Assembly (NCBI GenBank): GCA_964188305.1
Contig: OZ076885.1
DNA: 63,845 nt
DNA from: Podarcis bocagei
Taxonomy: Eukaryota
Direction: 5' to 3' (one strand)
A model generated the notes under the pieces. That model saw only the letters and a program-made list of their open reading frames with translations, searched no databases and had not been told where the DNA came from. This document shows positions 14,054 through 25,370 of this stretch, one piece after another. Positions within the stretch are counted from its first letter, which is position 1. Every line of letters starts with the position of its first letter. A program made the translations under genes and the position numbers.

Positions 14054-14756
14054 ATTAGGAGACCAGTCTGCCTAGGAGCTGGGTTTGAACCTGGTGTTGA
14101 GCATTGCAGACAGAACAGGGATGCTGTTGGTTTCCCTCTGCCCAGTAAGCTCTCTGACTTGAGAGTGAGAGTGGTCTGTCGTGTGGACTTGGAGAACTCC
14201 AGGACAATGGTGGGCTTGCCTAATAATGGGCTTGCCTAATAATGATGATGATGATATCAGCAGCAGCAGCAACAAAAATAATAAACAATAATAAATAATA
14301 ATTATCAATATCTTTATTGTTAAGTAAAAGAACTTTGTTTGGCTTGTGCTTAAGTCTGAAATATTGAAGTGCTTTGGTTTTGTTGTTACATGTACTGGTC
14401 TTGTAGATTCCATAAAGACTTATCAGATGTGGACAGTTGGTGTTGTTGGTATGAAAGCACAGAGGAGCTCTCATGTAGAAGGTTAATGGAGTGTAATTAT
14501 AAAGAAAAATGGACTGTTTGCCCACTCTGTCTCACTATACCTGCTCTGAGAGTGACAAGTACTTGATCTTGTGTAAACCCTAGAGCAGAGGTTCAGCTGT
14601 CTGAAATTACGACAGTGTAGCTGTCAGACGACCACACTATGAGATATGTGTGAACTTGGTAGGAAAGTTTTCATTCCATTTTGTAGGGCCTCCTTTTACA
14701 AAAGGCATTCTTAGAAAGCTCCTGTAAATTACAGTAGTTCTTCTGTTTTTAACATT

Positions 14757-14843
14757 GATTGGGAGCCGCCCAGAGTGGCTGGGGAAACTCAGCCAGATGG
14801 GTGGGGTATAAATAATAAATTATTATTAATTACTATTATTATT
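14757..14843 (+). mobile_element. Short LINE (L2-like) 3' terminus with (TAT)n tail
   Basis: gagccgcccagagtggctggggaaactcagccagatgggtggggtataaataataaattattatt. Confidence 0.55.
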
Positions 14844-15368
14844 CATTTCTTCTCATTCTCTCCCCTCACCTTCCAAAAAGGTTCTGCTTATCTCATATTA
14901 TACTTGTTTCTTTTACATGATAAAAGTTTGTGATAGTGTGTACATAGTCAGTCATTTTCATATTTAAAAAATCATTTTTTAATTTGGGATTCCTTATACT
15001 AGAAGGTTGAGGAATCGTTGAGGTGTGTATTCATTCCTAGAACACTGCCAGTATTTTTTTAACTCTGTAAGTTTCTTTTATTCTTATTCTTTCATTCTTA
15101 TAATTATTCTAGAATTTTATCTCTCCAACTGTTTAGCCTCCATTTAGTTGTTGATTAGTCCTTGTACCGATAGCTTTCCTTAACCTGAATTCATCTCACC
15201 CAAATTAGTTTTTTGCAGAATGTCATGATTTAGTCATATATCTGGCAATGTTTTCCCACCATAAAACAAACAGCCAAATCATTTCAGCCTGCTGATAAGA
15301 TAGGTTATTTCAGCCTGTGAATTTTTTTTAAAAAAAGTTTAACTTTAGCTTTCTCAAACACAGATGAA

Positions 15369-15567
15369 CAGTGGCAGAGCATTCCCTGCCAGAGCCCAGG
15401 GCGGCATGACACACTATGGGGGCTGGCGGGACCATGGGCCAAAGCAGCGCTGGGCGGCATTGAGAAGGACACAACAGCTCACGATGGGGCAGGGCACCTT
15501 GGTGCGCTCCCCAAAAAACTGTGCCTGGGGCAATGGCCCCCCTCAGTCCCCCCATTCTACACCCCTG
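15369..15567. mobile_element. GC-rich hAT-type MITE
   Basis: Perfect 8-bp TSD CAGATGAA (15361-15368, 15568-15575); CAG...CTG termini with imperfect TIRs. Confidence 0.7.
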
Positions 15568-16497
15568 CAGATGAACATAACTGGACAGAGTATTTCAGAC
15601 GATACCTTATTAGATTATGCTTGGGTGATGGTTTTAATTTTTGCTTCCTGGAGGTGCTCTCTGTAGTAGGCCAAGTTGGTTGGAGTTTTGGGTGATTATT
15701 ATGCGAGTCAGAAAGAGACTTGGTGTACAAGTTTTGGCCACTCTTGAAATTGAGACTTCAAGTGACCACAACTGCCAAGCAATTTGTTTTGCTAAGTCTG
15801 TACTAAACATTTATGTGGTGATAAGTATTATTGCCATCTCATCAGCTAAATAGCATAATGTTAAATAGCCAGATCAATTCCCTCTCAAGAAAATGAACAT
15901 GTGGGGCTGATTTCAAGAGATTTTGTGTGGAAGTTTAAGGCAGGACATGTACCACATCAGTTGGAGAGTCCATGACTGAGTATCTCAGGACCATAAGTCA
16001 ACAGATCTGTCGGGACCTAAATCAGGATACAGCAAGCCAATAATTTTCTTTTTTGTTCAGTTCATTCATGAGAAATTACACTAAAAATATTGTAACTAGT
16101 TCGCTGCCTAAAGAAAACCATCATTCTATCCTACTTAAACCTTCTTGTTTTTATATTGCCTCATATTAGACACAAATTTTTTACCCAGTATTTGTTTCCT
16201 GTTTGCACAAGGAGTCTGTAATTGCAATGCTACTTGGTTCTTTACGAGCCCAGGCATAGTGAGCCCAGGTTCAGTGGGGACTGGTGGTGTGAGAGTACCA
16301 AAAAGGACATGACAACATCTTGGGATTAAAATCCCCAAGTAATGTTAGACTTCCAAGTTTATTTGAAATGTTGGCTTTCTAAGCTCACAGTGCTTTCACA
16401 AATGGAAGTGAAGAAATGAATAACTGGCTTGTGGAGTGCCTATATATATAGATAAACCTGGTATTTGGGCAGTTCAGGTAGGGTTGGAACATTAGGC

Positions 16498-16620
16498 CCA
16501 GCCTTCCACAACTTTGTGCCCTCTAAATGTGTTGAACTACAATTGCCATCATCTCTGACCAAGGCTGGCTGGGGTTTATGGGATAGGGAGTCCAACAACT
16601 TCTGGAGGGGCAGCAGGCTA
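16498..16620. mobile_element. Short decayed foldback (MITE-like) repeat
   Basis: gttgaactacaattgccatcatc...gggagtccaacaacttctggaggg; similar copies near 30061-30185 and 46498-46633. Confidence 0.5.
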
Positions 16621-19600
16621 TTTCTGTGTCTTCAGTTGTGGTTGCCAAGGGACAGTTGCTGCTTACCATTAGCTGTCAGATATGTTTCATATTTATACTG
16701 TAGTTTTTTGCAGTTAGCATCATCTTGTAATGACTTTTGTACACAAAGGAACAATTAAAAGATGCACTTATCTATACTGTTTTGTGCTTACGGGGTGTTT
16801 CAAAAGAGTTGCCTGGACTTTAGATATTTAAAATATGTAGACTTTAGAAAAGTGTGTGTGCAATTATGCATAGACTAGGAGCTGTTGATTTTGATCTTGA
16901 ATCTCCTGTACATTTAACAGCACAAAGTGTGTTCACAAAGCGGATACAGTTCTGGCAGCTTTATCCTCAAGAATGTTGTTGAACAAAATGTACTCTCAGC
17001 TTGATTTAAGGTAGCTTTGACAATGAAACGAAGCAAATGACATATGTCCAAGGACATGAGGTTTTCTAATATTCATGTAATTAGGAAAAGGGTGTGGTAA
17101 AAATGAAGCAAAAGAATGTGCAAGCAGTGCAGTCTATGTGGAGAAAATGAACATAATGATTACTACTGATTCAAGGAGCATGGTCAGTCACATGGTCCCC
17201 AGAATGCACAACCAGTTTGTGCCAACAAAGTATCCTTCAGAAGTGTATAATAGCATATGTTTTAATAAAAGCTGCTTAATTGTGTTACTTGTCCATAATT
17301 GCACTCCACTCCCTAGCCTGGTCTCGTGTCACAGGTGGTCTGGACTTTGACCTTACTATGGATGCCATTGGCTTAGCTGCTTTGATGACACGATGGCGGT
17401 TGAAGATAGATAGTGGTATTGGGCTCCGATGTAATGATGGTGCCTCCACACAACAGAGTACTACAGGTACACCAGTCATAAGAAGCCAACATGGCACAAT
17501 GGGCCATTGGAAAAGGTCTGGTGCATCAAAGAGTGGAGCCCACATAAAATGTTAAGTTCACTTCAGTTTTGCTGCTATTCTATGTGTTCATAAGTCCTCA
17601 GCCAGCAAGCAGTGCGACATGTATGTGGTATCAGACCACCACAGGTCAACACAATGCAGACTGCAACTGTGGCACTATCCGAAGCATGGAGTAACCTAAG
17701 CACAGTTCAGGCACCTCAAGAAAGGGAGTTAAGTTACATATTATATGCATTGTGTGATGGAGGAAATAAATAGGTTGAATAATATTTTCCTCGAAAGCAA
17801 AGATCAAGCCCAAGAGAAAGCAGACTACACAACCTTCTCTCACTCATACAGACAGAAGGGATTGCACAGCCATTATTGCTCCTTCTGGCTCTTTCTCTGA
17901 ATATCAGGTACCCTGTTTTTAAGCTTTGAAGGGTATTTGGCTGGCTACCAGTTCCTAGAAAGCATGTTTGCTTATAAAATACATACACTTCTTATTAGTG
18001 TTTAGTTTTGCAATTCTAAAACATAAAACACAGGCAGTCCCTTTAAGCCACTGGCCACCAGTGTAGTGGGGTGTGGCCTGATCCAAGGTAAGTCACAACA
18101 GGAGCACTGCCACCTTGCAAATATACGGCAAAAGATTGAGAAATAGACCCCCAAATGCATGTTTGGGTTAAAAGTGAGTCCTGGGTCTGAAAAGGTTGAA
18201 GATGCCTCCTTTAAACCGAACAAAGGAACTGTCTTGTAATAAATTAGGGGAGGGGACAGGAAGTGTCCCTGCATGACAACTTTTCACTCTTTATAAAAGA
18301 GCAGAGGAACAACTTTTCTCCCTCATTTTGTCTGCTCTTCATGCTAGTAGGCAAGTCTTTAGTTCTGTAAAACTAATGAAAGTTTTCAGGTGTTTCATTC
18401 TTATTTTCCTCCACAGCTTTCCTGGGCTTTGTTTCAGGGCCTGGGGGAGGAAGAGTTGTGAATGTGATATGACTCACTTGACTCCTACTAAACCAAATTC
18501 CTGTTCTGATTGGTTCTCACTTATGATTGCAGCTTGGCGCATGAGTTATGCGAGCTTAGCTTCCCCTTCTTTCCCTGCTGTTTTTGTTTTGTGATAAAGG
18601 ACACGGAGCAAATGAATGCTAGCTCTCTGCTGCTGGATTCCTTGAACTAGGGAACTGGTAGAAAATCACCCTTATCCCCGAACTTCATAAATATAGCTAT
18701 AGAAAATAAAAAAGGCTTTCTGATCTTGTTCGACACAGTAATGTAGTCTCTGTGATGTTAATAGGTGGAGTCATTGTTTGGCAGGTGTAACTGGTTTCTG
18801 TTCTATTACTTCCTCTACATTTCTCTGCTTTCTGGAAATGTTCCTTTTGTTCCTGTCTCTGCTTGCTGACATAGCATTTTAAATAGCTTGATAACAGACT
18901 TGATGTTTCAGAAAGCAAGCTTAAATGACTGATCAATGGTTGAATGCACATATAAACTCAGATATGGAGCAGATTTCTTTGCTTGATGTCAGCTGCCTAT
19001 ATTTCATTTTCATGTGTTAAGTTTTCAGGTAAAGTAGTCTAATAAATTCAGATAGTGCAACATGGTTTGATAAACTACAAACCAGTCTTTTAAATAGCCA
19101 CTTGCTTGGTTGCCTGATAAGAATCACGTATAGGTAGCCAGACAAGGCACTGACGTCCACCTGTCTCGAGAGACAATGGAGGAGTGCGCCTTTTAGGGGC
19201 AAAGACCAACTGTTGAGAGGTTGCAGCACCTGTTAAGAATCACCCATAGGTAGCCAGGCAAGGAAAATAACATACTTTCAGGCCACCACTGAGCCACAAA
19301 TGGTCAGCATAAGTAAATGTGGGTTGGTGGGGTGCTAAAGTTAGCTAGTGACTGAATTATCTTATTTGCAAGTCTGAGATAAGCAGTCATTTCAGAGGAT
19401 CCAAGTGCCTAGAAATGTCACCTAGATAGGTCAGGAGCCATAGAGTTCTAGAACAGATGACAGAAGTCTGGAACATACACCACTGTAAAGTGGTGGTGGC
19501 AGGGGTGGGGTGGGAGAACTTGATAAAAGAATGGACTGAGAAGGCAAAGTCTGAGTGGATTCAGTAGGCAATGGCTGAGCAGTTTTAAGAGTTGGCCAAT

Positions 19601-20667
19601 GGCCACCAAAGGGGATTGGGGGGGGGAGAGAAATCCAAAGAACCTGAAACAGATTCTGCTGTAGCAGAAAACATACAGAGTTAAAAATTTTAGGGAATTG
19701 GGTACTCTAAACGAGTTCAGGGCAATTGCTGTATGAAACACTGAACTACTTTTAAGACAAGAGTGTGTAAACTTTTTTTTGCTTGATTACGTACAATCTT
19801 TCAGGGACCTCATGCCAGCAGTGGGTGGGGATGAAGCCAAATGTGGGTAGGACACACGCATTCCTTTCTCCGCCCTATCTCTCATTTCCCCCTCCTTACC
19901 GCCTGCATGAAATTATCCTGATAGGTTTGTGAAGGATTGAAAACCAGGCAGGTTGTTTGAACTGTGAATGTCCTGGCTATACCACAGATTCTAGGATGAA
20001 CTGTGTAGGAACAATCGTGCATGGGGTGATTTCAATTGAAGTACGCATAACTTCTGGTTTGAGGGCTGTATTATTATTGCTTATCATATTTGATGGTTTC
20101 TGCATTCAGCCATTTGGGGGGAAAATGAGTTGTCTAATGGATGTGTGCAGTGTTTAATTTTTTAAAAAGAGTTTTTAAAGTTGCCAATATTTGTTAATCC
20201 ATCTTGAGATGCCTTCTGTAAGTGGGGGCAAAGTAGCTGGTAGCACTTTGGCCTAATGAGCCAGTATATTATTTTCATTTATTTCCTTGATCTGAAACAT
20301 GACCATACTTTTAGGATCCCTCTTGAGTACTCGGAATGCATACTGAGGAGTTCATTAAGTAGCACCCAATAGGTTGAGAGAGCTCAATGATCCTACAGAT
20401 ATGTGTAACTGTAGTGCCATAGTTAATTGCTAAATGACATCTTGTTTGAAGGACATGTCTATTCTGCCACTGCTGCCTGTCAGTTACACTCTCATTGTAA
20501 CAGCTACTGTATCAAACATAAGGGACAGTGCCGACGCAGTTGGCTTGGACCACCTAGATTAATCCTTTGAAAGCCAGACAGTAAATGGATTTATAAACAA
20601 GTGTATATAGTGTTTTGCAAGTTAAATAATGTAATGCCTGGTATTTTTGTGTCTGTTTCCATGATAG

Positions 20668-20841
20668 AAAAGAGTGGTTGAACAGCTGCGGAAGAATTTG
20701 ATGGTAAAGCAGGAACAGCCGGACAGTAAGTTTCAAATACAACCATTGGCACAGTCAGAAAACAAAATACAAACTCCACAGCCACTACAGCTACAGCAGC
20801 AGCAAACTACTGCAGCCTCTCCAAACCTGCTTGGATCACAG
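20668..20841 (+). CDS. PHF21A: PHF21A coding exon ([18 protein letters not shown]...SPNLLGSQ), 174 nt, phase 0/0; first PHF21A coding exon visible in the window
   Basis: Translation matches the recalled N-terminal coiled-coil/Q-rich region of PHF21A; acceptor ttccatgatag, donor gtaaag. Confidence 0.95.
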
Positions 20842-21503
20842 GTAAAGTGGTTGAAGGTGTTACACTAATTTTCAAAATGTATTCCTTTCTTAGAATGAAA
20901 TGTATCATTGTATAAAGAAGAGAACACAAAATCAGAGTTAACCTATCATAATCCAGTGCACACTTGCTAGAGAGTAAGTCATATTGAATTCAGTAAGGCT
21001 CAATTCTGAATCAACATGTGTAAGATTGTGCTACAAAGCTATCAGTAGCATTTAAGAGAAACAAGAACACTTTATGAACTTGAGTCTAAGCATGGATCAC
21101 TCCCCGCTTCCCCAGAAAGCTAAGTCAATTGCTGGATTTTGAAGTAACAGTATTATATGAATCTTGCATGCTTTAGTTTTTTATGTTTCTTTAAGGACCC
21201 TCATGATGAACTGATGTGCAACACTGCACATCAGGTTAACCAGGTTGTCTTTAACAGTTAAGGCACAGCTAATCTGTGCTAAGTGCTCTTGAGTATACAC
21301 TCTTGCTTTAAGAACTGGATCAGAATAGAGTCCACCTTGCAGCATTTTCTGCAAGGATAGGTGTCCTTCATTGGAAAATAATGTGGAATTGTCTTGAGTT
21401 TTCTCTTTTTGTGGAAATGATTGCCTTCAGAAGTTGTTAACTAGGGAACTACAAGTGTCCAGAGATCTTGGTTCAATATGTTTCAACAGCATGAAACAGA
21501 ATA

Positions 21504-22033
21504 CAGTGGTGCCCCGCAAGACGAATGCCTCGCAAGACGAAAAACCCGCTCCTCCACATGCAGCTGCTGGGTGACCTTGGGCCAGTCACACTTCTCTGAA
21601 GTCTCTCAGCCCCACTCACCTCACAGAGTGTTTGTTGTGGGGGAGGAAGGGAAAGGAGATTGTTAGCCGCTTTGAGACCCCTGAAGGGGAGTGAAAGGCG
21701 GGATATCAAATCCAAACTCTTCTTCTTCTTCTTCTAGACGAAAGGGATTTCCGTTTTTCAATGCGCTTCGCAAGACGAATTTCCCTATGGGCTTGCTTCG
21801 CAAGACGAAAACGTCTTGCGAGTCTTGCAATTTTTTTCGCTTTCCCCCCTTTTTCTAAGCCGCTAAGCCGCTAATAGCCTTTTAGCCGCTAAGCCGCTAA
21901 GCCTTTAATAGCCGCTAAACCGCTAATAGCGCTAATCCGCTAAGCCGCTAATAGGGTTGCTTCGCAAGACGAAAAAAACGCTAGACGAAGAGACTCGCGG
22001 AACGGATTATTTTCGTCTTGCGAGGCACCACTG
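21504..22033 (+). mobile_element. Non-autonomous MITE of the same Tigger family, inverted relative to 22291-24490
   Basis: Same TIRs, TA flanks (21502-21503, 22034-22035); subterminal CGCAAGACGAA arrays match the reverse complement of the large element's ends; internal GCCGCTAA microrepeat near 21855-21955. Confidence 0.9.
21551..21733 (+). mobile_element. 5'-truncated squamate SINE (Squam3-like, (CTT)n tail) nested in the MITE
   Basis: CORE-like GGGTGACCTTGGGCCAGTCAC and a (CTT)n tail; interrupts the MITE motif cgct|agacg; family name from recall. Confidence 0.78.
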
Positions 22034-22580
22034 TACCAGAAATAATAATATAAACCAAGCAGGCTATAAATAAAGAAATACATAGAAAGGATCCACATAA
22101 ACTGCCCCCCACTGTCTTCTCCCCACAAATACAATAACAGAGATTAATGTAGTTTCATCTATAATTGCTGAGGGCATTTGCTGCAATTTCAGTAAGCTTG
22201 AATCACATAGTCAGTTTAGAAAGCTAGTTGCTTGAATTAGCAAAAAATAAGTTATTTGTGTGTAGACATTTGGCAGTCTAGCTTCTGATACAGTGGTGCC
22301 CCGCAAGACGAAATTAATTCGTTCCGCAAGTTTTGTCGTCTAGCGAATTTTTCGTCTTGCGAATCACGAAATCCCATAGGAATGCATTGAAAATCAATTA
22401 ATGCGTTCCTATGGTCAAAAAAAGTCCAAACAAAGCCAAATTTGGTACAACAGTTTATTAACTGCTCTTCAAAGTCACACATACTGTAAAGAGCAGTTCA
22501 AAAATTGAAGGGAAAATAAATTAACTTTATAAACATGACAGAAAAACATTTAAAAATCAACAAAGTGTACAGTACATTTT

Positions 22581-23645
22581 CTAAGACTCTGGGGGACCAC
22601 TCGAAGAAGGCTCCTCTTCCACTCTTTGCTTCTTGCTCAAGAACCTGTCCATAGTCTGCTGCTTCATCCGCCTTTTCAGCACCTCCCTGAAAGGCAACAT
22701 GACCCTCGTATCAAAAATGTTCCCAACGTCATGTGCCACGTGCTTCTCAGGGTGGTGCTGCTCTGCAAAAGTCTGCACCTCCTTCCACTTCAGGCAAATG
22801 TCCCTCAGTTTTTCGGAGGACAGCCGTTCCTCAGTTGCTTCCTCCTCTTCCAGTGAGGCCTGCTCCTGCGCAGCCTCTGCCTGCAGTTCGACCAGCTCCA
22901 CGGTGGTCAGCTTGTCATCGTGCTCCTCCACCAGCTCGCAGACATCCTCCTCCGTGACCTCCAGGCCCATGGTCCTCCCCAAGGCAACAATGTCCTGCAC
23001 CACTGTTGACTCTGGTGCATCAGAGTCTCTTGGTGCCACACAGTCCGGCCACAGGCTGCGCCAAGCGCAATTCAAATTTCTCTGGCTGATCCCGTTCCAG
23101 GCCGTGGTGATCATCTTCAAGCAGGTGACGATGTCGAAGTGGTCCTTCCAGAATTCCCGCAGGGTGATGGTGGTGCAGTCAGTCACCTCGAAGCATCGCC
23201 TGAAAAGCTCCTTGGTGTAGAGTTTTTTGAAATTGGCGATGACCTGCTGATCCATCGGCTGGAGCAGTGGCGTGGTGTTAGGCGGCAGGAACATGATGTT
23301 GATGAAGCTGAACTCCTCCAACAAGTCCACCTCCTTGTCGATCTTGTGTCTCTTGAAGGCCCGTGGATTCTCTGAGTGGTACACCAGCAAGGGCTTGATC
23401 TTCAGGTCGCCGCTTGCGTTGGCACAGAAGAGCAGGGTCAGACGGTCCTTCATGGGCTTGTGGCCAGGCAACTTGGCCTCCTCCTGTGTGATGAAAGTCC
23501 TTCTGGGCATCCTCTTCCAAAACAGCCCGGTCTCGTCGCAGTTGAAGACCTGCTGTGGAACGTAGCCCTCCGTCTTCACAACCTCCAGGAACTCCGCTGC
23601 AAAGTCTTCAGCCGCAGAAACATCAGAACTGGCAGCCTCTCCATG
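22581..23645 (-). pseudogene. Tigger-type transposase remnant lacking the CENP-B/HTH DNA-binding domain and the second catalytic Asp segment
   Basis: HGEAAS, VFNCDETGLFWKRMP, KDRLTLL, YHSENPRA and LPPNTTPLLQPMDQ motifs; the DNAPxH segment is absent. Confidence 0.9.
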
Positions 23646-23646
23646 C

Positions 23647-24127
23647 CAGAAAAAAACACACAAGCTTCCAGATTCTTGCAAACCCCTCTCCAACTGTTTC
23701 CCCAGCCACCCAGCACACAGAAATTCAAATCCAGAATTTTTTTAAAAAAACAGCAGAGTGGCCCAATGGTCACAGAAAATCATAAAAATGCAGAAAAAAA
23801 CACACAAGCTTCCAGATTCTTGCAAACCCCTCCCCAACTGTTCCCCCAGCCACCCAGCACACAGAAATTCAAATCCAGAATTTTTTTAAAAAAAGAGCAG
23901 AGTGGCCCAATGGTCACAGAAAATCATAAAAATGCAGAAAAAAACACACAAGCTTCCAGATTCTTGCAAACCCCTCCCCAACTGTTCCCCCAGCCACCCA
24001 GCACACAGAAATTCAAATCCAGAATTTTTTTTGAAAAAACAGCAGAGTGCCCCAATGGTCACAAAAAATCATAAAAATGCAGAAAAAAACACACAAGCTT
24101 CCAGATTCTTGCAAACCCCTCCCCAAC
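23647..24127. repeat. 144-bp tandem repeat, about 3.3 copies, inside the Tigger element
   Basis: Unit starts cagaaaaaaacacacaagcttccagattc at 23647, 23791, 23935 and 24080. Confidence 0.93.
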
Positions 24128-25168
24128 ACCAAGTCCTTGAATTCCAAACACCCCAACCCAAAATCCAAACCCCCCCCCAAAAAAGTTTTAAAAACTTAAC
24201 TTACCAAATGGCTGCAAAAGAAGTTCTGGAAAAGCTTCAAAAATCACCAAAGTCTTTAAAAACCTCAAAAAAGGCTACTATGTACACTGCGTTCTATGAG
24301 TTGCTCCTCGAAGTCAAGTCGCAACTGTATTAACAGTGTTAAGAAAAAGGAAACAAACTTGCAAGACGTTTTCGTCTTGCGAAGCAAGCCCATAGGGAAA
24401 TTCGTCTTGCGAGGCAACTCGAAAACGGAAAAACCTTTCATCTAGCGAGTTTTTTGTCTTGCGAGGCATTCGTCTTGCGAGGTACCACTGTATATGGCGT
24501 ATAATGAGGCAGAGGAGAGTAAACTCTCATCTCAACAGGGAACAACTATTCCTCTTTCTGTTCTCAGCATGATAGAGACTATAGAGACTGGGAAATCTTG
24601 GGGAAAATAAGGTATTTAGAGAGGTCCTCAGAAGCATAAATGGTGTTGGTTTGATACTCTGTTTTGAGAGTCACTTGACTGCCTCCTCCCTACAACTTTG
24701 GCCAGGGAGTGCCCTGAGTTTGGAGAAAGTGTAAGCTTAGAAGTTGTCTATTGCTCCTTCTCACTAGAAAAAGATAAGCGATAAGCACGCTTCTAGAGTA
24801 CTGGAAATGCTTTAAGGAAAATTGCTGTTGTTTTAAGCAGCATTGGGGCAGCCAAGAAACTGAGCCTTTTTCTTGTGAGCAGTTATTTGCTCCCGCTGGC
24901 TCTTTGAGACCCTGTGGGCAGAACTAACACAATGACTGGCTGTTACTGAAAATGGTGGCCCCTTGTTAAAGAAAATCCTTTCCCATCAGTAACATGCCAT
25001 GACACTGTGTTTCCCTATCAGCAGCAAAATATATGGAGCAGAAGCAAGGAAGTGCACAGGGTGATGACATCTGGACACATCCACAAGATATTACAAAGGA
25101 GGAGCTTGACATGAGGCATTTGTTTTTGGCATTTATTTCATTTAGTTCTGTACTTGGAAACTTCATCT

Positions 25169-25370
25169 AGGGAGCCACAGCTCAGTAGCAGTGATGCTTT
25201 ACATACACAAGGTTCCAGAGTCAACCTGTGGCATTTCCAAGTTAGGGTTGGGAAAGACTCCTGCCTGAAAATCTGTGGCATCTCCAAGTTAGGATCAGGA
25301 GAGACTACTAACTGGATTGCTTGAAAAATCACTGCTAGTTAGTGCAAATGCTAAGCTAAGTGCACTAGTG
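25169..25370 (+). mobile_element. Decayed tRNA-derived squamate SINE (Squam2-like)
   Basis: tRNA-like head (AGCTCAGT...GGTTCCAGAGTCAACC) then TAGGGTTGGGAAAGACTCCTGCCTGAAA; family from recall; boundaries approximate. Confidence 0.6.

Larger units (their letters stand above)
22291..24490 (-). mobile_element. Tigger/pogo-family (Tc1/mariner superfamily) DNA transposon, internally deleted
   Basis: TIRs CAGTGGTGCCCCGCAAGACGAA / TTCGTCTTGCGAGGTACCACTG; TA on both sides (22289-22290, 24491-24492); transposase ORF inside. Confidence 0.93.

Noticed and set aside
1-20667. Upstream PHF21A coding exons (MELQTLQ...TALSEKQ)
   Set aside because: Not found by eye in this interval; presumed upstream of the window
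22581-23693. Domesticated TIGD-type gene
   Set aside because: TIRs and TA flanks intact, no ATG start or HTH domain, catalytic segment deleted; behaves as a transposon copy
23647-24127. Regular repeats as a CRISPR-like array
   Set aside because: Contiguous tandem units without unique spacers, in eukaryotic transposon context
22626-24333. Several + strand ORFs, including 232-aa and 143-aa ORFs with a 48-aa repeat
   Set aside because: Antisense shadows of the GC-rich transposase and translation of the 144-bp tandem repeat
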